A DNA stretch of 64,000 nt from positions 46,128,001 through 46,192,000 of the forward strand of contig NC_134468.1 in the NCBI RefSeq assembly GCF_964194025.1. Reading direction: 5' to 3'. The stretch is from Convolutriloba macropyga. Its lineage: Eukaryota. Of the stretch, positions 37,572-51,129 are shown one piece after another; positions within the stretch are counted from its first letter, which is position 1, and each line of letters starts with the position of its first letter. Under the pieces are notes generated by a model. That model was not told the DNA's origin. It worked only from the letters and a program-made list of their open reading frames with translations, and searched no databases. Made by a program: the position numbers and the translations under genes.

Positions 37572-40528
37572 TGTGATACAGGAAACACTTCACTGGAGAA
37601 TAAACAGTGAAACCAGCAACTTACAAGTTTTACTGATGAACACTTTTAAAATTACATGCTATATAACATCTATTGTTTGCATATATTTAATACGCAATCA
37701 TAGTTGCACTGTGAGCGGTCATTTGTTCAGACTGCCCATCTTTTAAAGTAGAACTGCAATGCTGTTCTGCAGACGCATGAGAACCCGGGTCGAGGTGTCA
37801 CCACCATTCAACGCAAAATTATGTAAGATAAGCGGTGAATGCGGAAATTTTTCTAAGATAAGCGTTGAATGCGGTGAAATTACATAAATCAGGCGGTGAA
37901 TACGGTGAAAAAATACTTTATCGCCTGGTACCGCTGAAATTACATAATTTAACCGCTGAAATTAGCGGTGAAATTACACTGCTTCGAAAAAAAGTGTCCA
38001 AATTTTGTAAGATAAGCGGTGAATGCGGTGAAATTACATAAACTCACCGCTCAACTTAGTGGTGAACTTACATAAATTCAACGCTCAGAAAAAATTGTTC
38101 AAGATGTTTGAGATCAGCAAAGAATGCGGTGAAATTAATGGTGAGTGTGGGAGGAATTGTTAGATTTGCCTTCCCACTGAAACTACCCCATAATCTTACA
38201 TCTTTTTGACACTTTTTCTAAGCGGTGAATTTATGTAATTTCACCACTAGAGTAAGCGGTGAACTTACAAAAATTCGCCGCATTTCACCGCTAAAATATG
38301 CAATTTCACCGCTAAAAATTGCAAATCTTACAAAAATTCACCGCGCATGTTTTGCAGAAAGTAGAGTGAATTCGATTTATATTCAAACAAAAAATAATCG
38401 AACTTAGAGTGAGATGGCGCAGTGGAAGAAGAAGTGGATGACATGCAGGAGGTGAGAGGTTCGGACCCTCGTAAGGGCGATGAAATTACATATTTTCGCG
38501 GTGAATTTTTGTAAGATCACCGCTTAGACTAGCGGTGAACTTACATAATTTCACCGCATTTCACCGCAAATTATGTACGAAATTTGCGGTGAAAAAACTA
38601 ACTTTTCACCGCTTATCTTACATATTTTTGCTTTTTTTTTCTCAACCCGGGAAGTGGCCTAACAGTAATCTTGTTCGTGGCCACAAGAAAATAGAAAATT
38701 AGTTCAAATTTCTAAGATGGTTTTGATGCTTCAAGTAATAATAGCTTCCTAGCATTCAGTATAACAATAGGTAGTTTTTACTCGTTTGACACACTCTAAC
38801 TACCTGCAATCCGATGTGGAAGACAACGGTTTCTATCCCCCCCCCCCCGAGATCTACCAATGGTTATTTACACGATTGTACACTAACTGAAATTTAAAGT
38901 GGCCTTGTTACAAGTCGATCACAGTCTTATACTTCCCCAGCGGAGAAATTCGTTTCATTCGGTCTTCGTTCAACCGAGAAGATTCCTAGATACAGCATGG
39001 CGCAGTCAACAATAAAAACACCTATGGGAATACCCCCGTTCCAAAACAGTGCAAATTCTGGACAAGAATGTTCAAACTGGTTAGGAACACTGAAACTAGC
39101 AATAATGGCCAGAGAAAGTGTTCACATAGATGAAATACTAAAATTAAAACCAGGAAGAACAGACCCATTCTAATCAACACTGCCCACATGCAACGATCTA
39201 TTGGAAGGCAAAATTGAGGATGAATACAGATCAAGAGTGCAAAAAAGCAATCAAGAGGAAAAGACCTATGTAGATAAAATTCCATTGCATGAAACAGACG
39301 TGAAAGTAAAAAGCCTCATTTACTTATCCTTGGGAGCTTAAGCAACAAGAATATTTTTTCAAAGAAATCCCCACACAAGAATTGAAAAATGCACATGAAA
39401 CGCTTTAGTCGACTAACTAAAAATTACATTCACAAGATCGGGAAACAGTACATCCGACCGCTTTCAAATTTTCAACACTACACAACAATCAATCCCATCA
39501 TCTGAGATTTTGTACCGCCGCTCAAGAGAATTAAGATCACATTGTGTGGATTCAGAGAACTAGGGGAAGATATCGTGAATGATCTAATAATAGCAAACAT
39601 GAAAAGCCCAAACATCAAAATGGAACTACTTTCCAAAAAATGCAACCCAATTCAGCTGTCTAATTATGCAAACAACCAATTGATTCCCCAAAACAGAAAG
39701 CGGCCAAGAGGACGCCTAAAAATAAATACAACTTTAAAATGAAATCATTTAGTCAAAGAGCTTTACAGGCGGCAATGGCCAATAATCGGCATAGCACAAA
39801 CGACAACGAACCAAATGGTCCATCAAGTGCTTGCAAAACACAAAGTACACACAGAAGGCACAGACTTTACCTCCAACACAGGACATAGAAGATCCACAAA
39901 CTTCTGCATCTTACCACCAACCGATTGCAAAACCAGTGAATGCACGCTTCCTATATCTTGACCTAGAAACGGCAACAGAAAAAAGCCATTCACGTAAACC
40001 CAAACTCGACAAACATAGAAACACTTCCAGTGGTATTCAACAAAAACCCAGCAGCATTCATGCAAACATGTGAGATTAGCCAAGCCGTAACAACAACGGC
40101 GGGATTCTCTATAGATTAGCCTTGCTGTAACAACAACGGCAGGATCCTCTATAAGTACGGTTTACGCAAATCCACCAAACTCTCCTCACACTATAGCAGT
40201 CTCAGACTTGAAAGATGACGATATCAGGGAGCTACTATCGATTCGTTGGGAACAAATCTATCTGCGTGGGGAGTGTGATGCAGAAAACTCTCCACTGGGG
40301 AATAAACCCTAAGCCAAGAACTAGAAGTATTTTTATGGACACCTTCAAAACTATATTTTAATTAATATCTATTTTCAGTACATAAATTTTACGTGGTCAC
40401 ACTTGCACTGTCGGGGATCATTTGTTCTATTTCAAAGTGACTATATTTTTATGTTGAACTGCAATGCTGTTCTGCAGACGCTTAAGAAGTAGTCTAACCG
40501 TAGGGATTTTCGGAGAACATTCCTCAGT
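37572..40528 (+). mobile_element. Internally deleted Ty3/gypsy element (5' LTR, PBS, decayed gag, 3' tail, PPT, truncated 3' LTR)
   Basis: LTR TGTGATACAGG...TACAGCA at 37572-38997 (interrupted by a MITE). PBS TGGCGCAGTC at 38998. gag MAQSTIKTPMGIPPF...WLGTLKLAIMARE. PPT-like GTGGGGAG, then LTR copy from 40274 cut by an ATT tract. No protease or RT motifs seen. Confidence 0.75.
37784..38651. mobile_element. CCC...GGG MITE (CMC/EnSpm-like) inserted in the LTR, 2-bp TSD AA
   Basis: TIRs CCCGGGTCGAG / CTCAACCCGGG; many GCGGTGAA/TTCACCGC subterminal repeats. Sibling LTR copies (~40480, ~42085, ~44875) show the empty site gacgca.aagaa|gt..tctaac. Confidence 0.8.
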
Positions 40529-40902
40529 AATTTGTTATTATTATTGTGAATATTACTGTTATTTTTAATATTCTTCTTCTTATTGTTGTTATTAATATTA
40601 TTATTAATAATTCTATTTTTATCATTGTAAATATTATTTTTATTAATATTATTATTAATATTATTATTCTCATTATTATTTTTTTATTTTTATTTTCATT
40701 ATTACTTTTATTACTATTATTGTTATTACTATTATTAATATTGATATTTTTGTTAATATTATTATTACTACTTTTATTATTATTATTATCATTATTATTT
40801 TTCTCATAATTTTTTTTCATTTTTTTTTATTATTACTATTATTACTACATTTATTATTAATATTATTAATATTGATATTATTGTTAAAATTATTATTATT
40901 AC

Positions 40903-40936
<34 letters not shown>

Positions 40937-41139
40937 GTTATTATTATTATTATTATTATTATTGATCTTACTTTCTTTATTTATTTTGTTTTTATTAGTA
41001 TTATTAATATTTCTCTATTATTTTTATTATTGTTTTTATTATTCTTATTATTAATATTAATTTTATTATTTTTTATTTCTTAATAATATTATTATTAATA
41101 ATAATTTTAATGTTATTTTTATTGTTATTTTACAAAATT

Positions 41140-41211
<72 letters not shown>

Positions 41212-41338
41212 CTAATATTCTTATTAATATTATTAATTGTATTTTTTTATTATTATTATTTTTGTTATTATTATTATTAATATTAGTTTTAATTTCTTTA
41301 TTTCTATTATATTATTATTATTAATAATTTTATCGTAA

Positions 41339-41370
<32 letters not shown>

Positions 41371-41388
41371 TTTTTGTTATTATTGTTA

Positions 41389-41430
<42 letters not shown>

Positions 41431-41510
41431 TCGTTCTTTTTTTTTTATTTTCATTCAATTTATTTTTGTTTTTTTTTTCAAAATTATTTTTGTTATAATT
41501 ATGATTATTG
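40529..41510. repeat. (ATT)n-like low-complexity tract
   Basis: ~1 kb of tta/att repeats. Confidence 0.9.
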
Positions 41511-41514
41511 TGAT

Positions 41515-42135
41515 CCAACACCTGGATTTTACAGATAATGAACAACCGCCCCCAAGCTCCAATGGATCACAGCAAACAAAATCACCAAACCATGACCCGA
41601 ATGAACAAACCCAAATTTCCAATGGACCACAAAAAGCAAATTTTCCTATCCGAGACCGGATTGAGCCAACACCGAGCTCCAAGGGAGCACAGCAGGTGCA
41701 CTCTCAAATCCGTCAGAAAAAAAACTCTTACAGAGCTAGACCGAGATACTAACAGCTAACACACAAATCCTCAACATACCGCAGGATCCTCTATAACTAC
41801 GATTTTCTCAAATCCACCAAAATCTCCTCCCCCTGAATCAATCTCAGATTTGAACGATGACGATATCAGGGAGCTAGCATCGCTTCCTTGGGACAAAATC
41901 TACTTCCGTGAGGAGTGTGATACAGGAAACTCCGTATTTTTGTGGACAAGTTTAAAACTATACGTTATATAATATCCATTTTCCGTACATTTTTATTACG
42001 CAGTCTCAGTTGCACTGTGAGCGATCATATTTTCAAAAACAGGCTCACCATAATTTAATGTAGAACTCTAATGCTGGTCTGCAGACGCATAAGAAATAGT
42101 CTAACAGTAAGGTTTCTCCTAGAACATTCCTCAGT
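41515..42135 (+). mobile_element. Duplicated gypsy 3' tail plus truncated LTR (LTR from 41916)
   Basis: Matches 44278-44927 and 40140-40528; gaggag|TGTGATACAGG. Confidence 0.75.
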
Positions 42136-42679
42136 ATTTTTTTATTGTTATTATTGTTTTTTTTTACTGTTTTAATTCTTATTCTTCTTCTTATCGTTAT
42201 TATTATAAATATTAATGTTATAATTATTTCTATTTTTATTATTGTAATTAGTATTATTATTATTTATATTTTTATTACTTTTTTTCCTCATTATTATTAT
42301 TATTAATATTTTTTTGTTTTTATCATTATTAGTATTAGTAACATTATTAGTATTTTTTGTGTTAATGCATTATTTATTCTTTTTGTTTTCTTNNNNNNNN
42401 NNNNNNNNNNNNNNNNNNNNNNNNNNNNNNNNNNNNNNNNNNNNNNNNNNNNNNNNNNNNNNNNNNNNNNNNNNNNNNNNNNNNNNNNNNNNNNNNNNNN
42501 NNNNNNNNNNNNNNNNNNNNNNNNNNNNNNNNNNNNNNNNNNNNNNNNNNNNNNNNNNNNNNNNNNNNNNNNNNNNNNNNNNNNNNNNNNNNNNNNNNNN
42601 NNNNNNNNNNNNNNNNNNNNNNNNNNNNNNNNNNNNNNNNNNNNNNNATCATTTGTATTTTTGTTATAATTGTTATTAT

Positions 42680-43250
42680 TGTTATCCCGCGCTGTCTTGT
42701 GGAGTTCTCTACAGGTGTGGCTGTTTTTGAATTTTATCTGATGGTTAATTATTCAGTCAGTATAACATTTCTCTCCTAATAGAGTGGGGATTGGCCTAGC
42801 GAAAAAAACAGGTCTAACAGTAAGCTTTTCAAAGTGCTTTCTTTTAGACAAAGGAAGCCTTTTGTCAAGATGTAATGCTGGGCCTCGAACATACTGCTTT
42901 TCTTTACAGCTCACAGTCAAGTCGTCTGCGCTTAAACTATGTGTTGTGTCATGAGCAACAAAAATTACCTGCTATTGACAGGCAAAAGAATGAGCAACAA
43001 CAAGTTCTCTAAAAGGAGTTTAACAAACATACACAGTGCATTAGTTATATAACGTAGGAGTTTTCAGTATAATCTTAAAATATTACTTTTTTTTGCTTAT
43101 TTAGGTATTGCTTATTCTAGTGTCCCGTGTCACATTCCTCCGCCCACTGGTTTCAAGTATTCTGTTTTCAAGTATTATTCGTTCAATCCGGAGATTGAGC
43201 GTTCCGGTGGTGACGGTGGGGTTGTTTTCTAGATGGTTGAGCTTGTGCTG

Positions 43251-43288
<38 letters not shown>

Positions 43289-43547
43289 ATCTTCTGTTTC
43301 GCTTTCAAACGTTTCTTCATAAGTTGTAAGGGTGGGATAAAAGAGCTCTGCTCTCGATGGCTTGAGTTTAAGAAGTTTGTCAACTTCTAAAAAGTTTCTA
43401 GCCATGATAGTGATTTTCAGTGTTGTGAAACATGTCTTCCACTAGCTTTGTGGGTTAGCGACTGATTCTAAAAAACAGTATTTCTAATGGGGTTTTAGGT
43501 ATTTGCAACAGCGCCATGTTATCCCACGTTATATTCGGTATACAACA
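42680..43547 (-). mobile_element. Miniature gypsy derivative: LTR, gag N-terminus, PBS, LTR stub
   Basis: Copy of 45367-46210; LTR starts TGTTATCCC at 42680 and 43517; minus-strand PBS TGGCGCTG; contains a (CT)n run. Confidence 0.65.
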
Positions 43548-43554
43548 TCCAAAC

Positions 43555-44927
43555 CGTATCAACCAACAAGAACAAACCCCACGCCACAACCAATTTCAAA
43601 GTAGTAGAACAATTCCGGACACAAGTTGGGACGACAAAAAAAATAGTTACCATGGCAACAGAGAATGAGAGACGACAAGCAAACTAATGTAACCAGCAGA
43701 AAAAGTCCCGAAAACAGAAAGCGGCCAAGAGGACGCCTTAAAATAAATACAACACAAAAATGGAACCTTTTAGTCAAAGAGCTTTACAGGCGGCAATGGC
43801 CAATAACCGACATAGCACAAACGACAACGAACCAAATGGTTCATCAAGTGCTTGCAAAACACAAAGTACACACAGAAGGCACAGACTTTACCTCCAACAC
43901 AGGACATAGAAGATCCACAAACTTCTGCATCTTACCACCAACCGATTGCTAAACCAGTGAATGGATGCTTCCTCAATCTTGACCTAGAAACGACGACAGC
44001 ACAAAAACCTTTCACGTAAACCCATAATCGCCAAACACACAAACACTTCCAATAGTAATCAGCAAAGACCCAGCAGCATTCATGCAAACATCTGAAATTA
44101 GCACAGCCGTAACACCAACGGAGGACTCAGAGTACTTTATATCTTAACCTGGTCCACAAAACAGATAGACCAAACAGTAGATAAATCGCACAAAAAAGTT
44201 CGTCTCAGAACAAACCAAACATAGAACCGATCAGTGCTCCAGATATAGTCAGCCTCAATTCAACCCAGACCTAAAACCTAGGTTTTACAGATAATGAACA
44301 ACCGCCCTCAAGCTCCAATGGATCACAACAAGCAAACTCACCAAATCATGACCGGAATGAACCAACCCAAAACTCCAATGGACCACAACAAGCAAACTTC
44401 CCAATCTGAGACCGGAATGAGCCAACGCCGAGCTCCAATGGAGCACAGCAAGTGCACTCTCCATATCTGCCAGTACAAGCACATGTAGAGCTAGACCTAG
44501 ATGGTAACAGTCAACACTCAACTCCTCAACATACCGCAGGATCCTCTATAACTACGATTTACGCAACATAACAAAGTTTTGCTCCCACTGAATCAATCTC
44601 AGACTTGAACGATGACACTATCGGGGAGCGAGCGTCCTTTCCTTGGAAAGAAATCTACTTGCGTGAGGGAGTGTGATACAGGAAACTCTCAACTGGATGA
44701 TAAACTCTGAAAAGAATTTGCGAGTATTTTTTATGAACACTTTTAAAACTATACGTTAAATAATATCCATTTTCAGTAAAGGTTTATTACGCAGTCACAA
44801 TTGCACTGTGAGCGATCATTTGATCAAATTCAGACTGACCATTTTTTAATGTTGAACTGCAATGCAGTTCTGCAGACGCACAAGAAGTGGTCTAACAGTA
44901 AAGTTTTTCCGAGAATATTACTCAGTA
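43555..44927 (+). mobile_element. Duplicated gypsy internal tail plus truncated LTR (LTR from 44672)
   Basis: 43708-44120 matches 39687-40100; ~60-bp repeats at ~44310-44450; gaggga-g|TGTGATACAGG. Confidence 0.75.
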
Positions 44928-44967
44928 TTATATTTATGTTTATAATTGTAATTATTACTAATATTAG

Positions 44968-45025
<58 letters not shown>

Positions 45026-45366
45026 GTTTGTATTTTTTTATTAATTCTTTTATTTTTAATATTATTAATATTATTTCTGTTTTTATTATTGTGTTTATTT
45101 GCTTATTATTTTTATTATTTTATCATTATTATTAATATTTTCGTTACTATTAATACTATTATTATTATTATTTTTATTAGTGTTATTATTATTACTTTTA
45201 TTTTTATTATTTTTATTAGTGTTATTATTATTACTTTTATTATTATTATTTTTATATTTTTTTCATTTGTTATTATTATTTTTTTTTGTTATTATTATAA
45301 TTATTGTTATTTTTTTATTATTACTTTTGTTTTCATCATTATAATTTTCGTTAAATTTATCATTAT
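44928..45366. repeat. (ATT)n-like low-complexity tract
   Basis: tattattatt repeats. Confidence 0.9.
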
Positions 45367-46600
45367 TGCTTTCCCGCGCTGTATTCTGTCTTGTACAGTT
45401 CTCCACAGGAGCGTCTCTTTTTGAATTTCATGTGACGGATAAGTATTCTGTCTGGAAAATATTTCTCTCCTAATAGAGTGAGGATGCTCCTAACGAAAAA
45501 CAGGTCTAGCACGATTCCCGTAAACTTTTCAAAGTGTTCTCTTTATAGATAAAGGGAAGATTTTTGTCAAGATGTAAAGCTCGGCCGCGAACATACTGTT
45601 TTTCTTTACAGCTCACAGTCAAGTCGTCTGCGATTAAACACTGTGCTGTGTTTTCAGCAACAAAAACTACCTGCTATTGACAGGCAAAAAAATGAGCAAC
45701 AACAACATCCCCAAATGGAGTTTAACAAACATGCACAGTGCATTAGTTATATAACATAGGAGTTTTCAGTATAATCTTAAAATTTTAATTTTATTGCTTA
45801 GTTAAGTATGGGTGTTTCTAGTGTCTGATGTCTCACTCCCCTGCCCACTGCAGATTCCGTTTTCAAGTATTATTCGTTCAAGGCGGAGATTAAGTGTTCC
45901 GGTGGTGACGCTGGGGTAGTTTTCTATATGGTTGAGCTTGTGCTTCTCTCTTTCTCTCTTCATCTTCTGTTTCGCTTTCCTCATAAGTTGGAATGAATGG
46001 TGGGATAAAAGAGGGCTGCTCTCGACGGCTTGAGTTTAAGAAGTTTGTCAACTGCTAAATTGTCTCTAGCCATGATATCCATTTTCAGTGCTCCGAACCA
46101 AGTCCCCCACTAGCTTTCGGGGTTAGCGACTGATTCTCAAAAAACTGTATTTCTGCTGTTGTTTTGAGGTATTTGCGACTGCGCCATGTTATCCCACGTT
46201 ATATTCGGTCTGGTATAATTCTCTATTGAAATGAATATATTTGATCTGTGTGATGAATAATCTGTCTGTTTAAAAATCCCTCCGCATGGAGTGGGAATTC
46301 ATCTAACGAATGAACCAGTATATCACTTGACGATTCCAAAAGGAGTTTATAATTGTTCTTTTTTGAGATGAACCGAAGACTTAAGTCAACATTTAATTCT
46401 CAGCCATGAACTAACTGTTTTTGATTGCGGTCCACTTTTTTTGCGCTTAAGCGCAGTGTTGCGTTAAAAACAACAAGAGCTACCTGCTGTTGACGGTTGT
46501 GAAAATGAGCAACAACAACATCTCCAAATGGAGTTTTTCAAAAAAGTACACTGTCCTATTTACATAACATAGGAGTTTTGAGTATAATTTTATGATAACA
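45367..46600 (-). mobile_element. TRIM-like miniature gypsy element: LTR (46187-46600), PBS, ~400-bp gag stub, LTR (~45367-45785)
   Basis: LTR TGTTATC...GATAACA; PBS TGGCGCAGTCG on minus strand; internal peptide MAQSQIPQ...WGTWFGALKMDIMARDNL. Confidence 0.75.
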
Positions 46601-48229
46601 CTTTTATTGCTTGGTTACATACGCATGGTCCGGTATCTCAGGTACCATTACTCTTANNNNNNNNNNNNNNNNNNNNNNNNNNNNNNNNNNNNNNNNNNNN
46701 NNNNNNNNNNNNNNNNNNNNNNNNNNNNNNNNNNNNNNNNNNNNNNNNNNNNNNNNNNNNNNNNNNNNNNNNNNNNNNNNNNNNNNNNNNNNNNNNNNNN
46801 NNNNNNNNNNNNNNNNNNNNNNNNNNNNNNNNNNNNNNNNNNNNATCTCAATTACCATTTTTCTTTTTATTTCTTAAAGTTTTATNNNNNNNNNNNNNNN
46901 NNNNNNNNNNNNNNNNNNNNNNNNNNNNNNNNNNNNNNNNNNNNNNNNNNNNNNNNNNNNNNNNNNNNNNNNNNNNNNNNNNNNNNNNNNNNNNNNNNNN
47001 NNNNNNNNNNNNNNNNNNNNNNNNNNNNNNNNNNNNNNNNNNNNNNNNNNNNNNNNNNNNNNNNNNNNNNNNNNNNNNNNNNNNNNNNNNNNNNNNNNNN
47101 NNNNNNNNNNNNNNNNNNNNNNNNNNNNNNNNNNNNNNNNNNNNNNNNNNNNNNNNNNNNNNNNNNNNNNNNNNNNNNNNNNNNNNNNNNNNNNNNNNNN
47201 NNNNNNNNNNNNNNNAAAATTGCCTTTTTTTGGTACTACCATCGTTATTGATATTGTTAATACTTTTACTATTTTTCTTTTTATTTTTATTGTTATTGTT
47301 ATNNNNNNNNNNNNNNNNNNNNNNNNNNNNNNNNNNNNNNNNNNNNNNNNNNNNNNNNNNNNNNNNNNNNNNNNNNNNNNNNNNNNNNNNNNNNNNNNNN
47401 NNNNNNNNNNNNNNNNNNNNNNNNNNNNNNNNNNNNNNNNNNNNNNNNNNNNNNNNNNNNNNNNNNNNNNNNNNNNNNNNNNNNNNNTCTTATTATTATT
47501 ACTATCAATTTTTTTAGTTATTTCTTTTTTTTGGTTTCTTTTTCTGATTTGACTATGATTTTGTTGTTATTAGTAATCGCTTCCTTCTTTTTTATTATTG
47601 CTTTCATTGTTATTTTGATTTTTTTTTATTGTTATTAGTAGTATTGTCTCTACATCAAGATTTACGGCGTTTGGAAAAAACCCGGGTTCGATGTGCTGAA
47701 TGAGTATAAGACAAATGGAAATGATCCCTAATGCAAACAAAAGCTAACTGAAACTCGATTACGCAGTTACTTTAAATTGGCACGTGTGGGGATCTCACTG
47801 GTTTAAGAAAAGAGATTAGACAAAAAGTTGGTGCTAAAATCATCTGAGATTTGGCTCTTCAGTGTTAGTGATTCCAAGAAATGCTTCAGATAAAGTTTTT
47901 TTAGTGTATGCTAGGGGGGGGGCAAAGAAAATTTTATCTGACGAAAATTTTTTTGGTTGGTAGGCCAATTACATCAATACGCTATTGCTACAGTTCCGCT
48001 TGATAAAAAATATTCCTCATCGCCATGCCATTTAAAGAAAAGATAGAATTGTAGCCGGATGTTTTCATTAGATTATTTCAATTAGTAATGACACTTCTCA
48101 CTAGGGTTAAATAATAGAAATCGAGATGACAACCTTGTCTGTTTTACTACTTTTACTATTATTAACAACATTCTTTTAGTCTACTTAGATTGAATTGAAT
48201 TTCTTTATTAGCAACATAACATTAATTAA

Positions 48230-51017
48230 CCAAACTAAAAATAATTAAGGAGAAAAATCACGCCTGAGCTTTTGCCTCAACTATCAAGAGCCCGGTAAGA
48301 TACTTAGAAAAGCCAACAGAATTACATGAAGTCAAAATTAACTAGAACACTCTTCATAATTTAAATGTAACTAAAGTGCCTGATAAAGATTCTGAGCTGA
48401 CCTGGAGTCAGTTCTCTTAGGCCGTCTGAATAAAAATGCTATTTTGGTAAAATCGTTTGATAACGTTGATAACTTTGATAAGTTTGACCTGCCGCGAATT
48501 TCTAAGTTTTTTTTCTTTTGGCTGCTTGTAAAAGTTTGTGTGAAACTCTTTTTGTTCCACGATGGTTTCTGAGTGAATCTAATTTTTTACAAGCTGTCTC
48601 AAGCTTTCTGAGTTCTTGAAAACGAAATTGAAAACATTATTAGCAAAAAGTCCATAAACAGTAAGAAGATGATGCTTTGTCATGATATCCCTAATCGCAT
48701 TCGTTTTTCGATTAGAAAAATTACCTTATAATTTCTCTTTTGCATTTAATTTGTGATCTCGTACGTTAAAAAGACATATTCTATAGTAGATTTGACATAG
48801 GCATTGTAAAGTGTTATCATTGATTTTTTGTGAGATAATTTCTTGCCCCATAGGAAACTCCGAAAAAAGTTGCTAACATTTTGCATTTTTTTTTACAATG
48901 ACGCGCTATTTTCACCTGTTTGTCAAGACTGATGTCCAATTATTTTCACTCATCTTTGATTGAATGTCTTTGAAAATACCACATTGGTATCTAGATATTT
49001 CTGAAACCAAAAAGCATCAGCTAGTTTTTTTCATTGACTGATAAATGGTTTTGATTGAACCATTCGTTTACGTTTCTTACATCAGACGACAATTGAACAC
49101 ATTTTTCAACTGAGCAGGATATTTTAATGGTATCACCCGCGTGAAAAACTACTTTGGCGTTCAATCAGCATCGAGATAAATCTTTAAGGTATTTTAGTAA
49201 AAAAAAATTGATCCAGAGATGCACAACTGTGGTACGCCGTAATTAATATTAGTGCAAATTGACGTTTCAATGATAGAAAAAAAGTTATTTAGATCTGTCT
49301 GCGATTTTTTTCTCATTAATTAGAGATGTTTTTCTTTATAACTGGTTTTTTTGCTAGCTTCGATATGGATTTAAGCTGAAAGACTTAGTCCAAAGTTTTT
49401 TGAACCATTGAATAATGACACGCTGGGTAGTTTCTTTTCTAATTCCATAAAGATCAATTCAGTGATTTTGAATGCAACATTGCAACTGTTTTTGGTCTGA
49501 ACCCAATCAGGTTTGGGGAGAATATCCTATGTTTGCCAACAGAACCCATGATTACCTTATTGATCCAGCTCTTAAATTTTTTTAGAATACTACGTTAACA
49601 GACTGATAGATCTATAGTTTGCAGGGGTGCTTCTACTGTCTTCATTTTGAAGACGATCAACTTTTTAAGCGTTAAAGTGGAATGATTTTTTGAAAACAGG
49701 TGCTAAGAACGTTGCATCAGTAATCACATATTGCCGGTAAAAAAAATTGAAATTTTTTTGCTCTTTAACTCATCATTTTTGGTCTCTAACTCATCAAAAA
49801 TGTTCTTTTATTTTGATTCAACGTTACATATGTTTCATTCTTTGTATCAATTGTTCATATCAAACAATTCTGAAATTGTTTGATATGCCTGAAACAGATT
49901 TTTTTTTCTTTTTTCAAACCAAACAAAGGCTCCATAAATACTTTAAATCTGATTTTTTTCAAAGCTTTGGTGACTACATCTCTTTTTTTGTAACCAGCAC
50001 AACTTTTATCGTTTTTTTTCTTCCAACCGGGTTTTGAAAAGCTAATTTTCTTTAGTTATCTGGGATTTTATTCTCTTATTATACCAAGTTGTTCTATTTT
50101 GTGATTTCTCCAATGAAACAAGTCCATCCAGTTAGGTATGCATAACATTAACCAAACTGGCTACGTTGTTGTCAACATTAGTAGCCGATTTTGTTCTGCA
50201 ACGCATAGCATGAAAAAACAAATATTTTAAAAAAGTTCGTTCTTTTCTCACTTTCCTGAGATCCCGAAATCTATGCGTAGAGACGGTATTTTGCTTCAAT
50301 TCATCATTCAATATCAGTAAAAATGGGAGATGATCACTGAGAACAATTTTGATGGTAATAGTTTCACGATGAGAAATGATGACTGAGAAAAGATTTAATG
50401 GTGATGTTTTCTTTGACTAGGGCAACTATCTCTTGTTTCGGCAATACGGGTTGGTATTCACAAAATCTATGTTGAAGTCACAACAAATGCTAAGTTTTAT
50501 TTAACAAAACTCTTTTATCAATAAATCGTGTTTAAAAATGTATTTTTCTTTGACAATAATATCTGTGTTGAAGTCACCACAAATGTAATGATACTTGAAA
50601 TTAAACTCTGCACAGGTTTTTTCAAAAATGCCATCTGCCGTTCTGTAAACAGCAGTGAAAAAAATTGTTTTGTTGTCGTCTTTTTCCGTTTTAATCGTAG
50701 TTTTTTCGAAGGATGTTGTTTTTAGCAATTGGAATCTTTTGAAGACGATTTTTGATTTGACCACTAGATGACAATTTTAATTCCCGTGTCATCTTTTTTA
50801 TTCGTAGTGAATTTATTCTCAGAAAAGAACAGATGGCTAGTGATTTTTTTTTGAAAAGAAATCCATCAAAATAATTGAAAATATAGAACTTTATCTTGCC
50901 CTGGAACAGCTGTGCGACTATGTCTAATGAGCAAACGCGTTCTGTTCGCCACTTGATGTCACAGATTATGTCCAGCGAATGTAACATAATGAGTGAACTT
51001 TTTGCTATTAGTTCCAA
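48230..51017 (-). mobile_element. Decayed L2/CR1-group LINE ORF2 (APE endonuclease plus RT)
   Basis: Minus-strand motifs in the correct order: VYR, ICGDFN, SDHLP, NYRSISLL, GVPQ, FHAGDT (degenerate FADDT), KYLD; many stops and frameshifts. Confidence 0.85.
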
Positions 51018-51129
51018 GTTCTCAGATTTGATTTTTTTTTACCAGAATAAAAAAATAATTAATAAGTTAACTGGCCGCTTCATTGTTTTCTTGTCTTTAT
51101 GGTCGATTCAAATGCTTTCTTGGACGTCA

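Noticed and set aside
38405-38482. Functional tRNA gene
   Set aside because: A/B boxes present but acceptor and anticodon stems do not pair; lies within a MITE.
40524-47552. Long hydrophobic ORFs (poly-Ile/Leu/Asn) resembling membrane proteins
   Set aside because: Translations of (ATT)n tracts and N-gaps.
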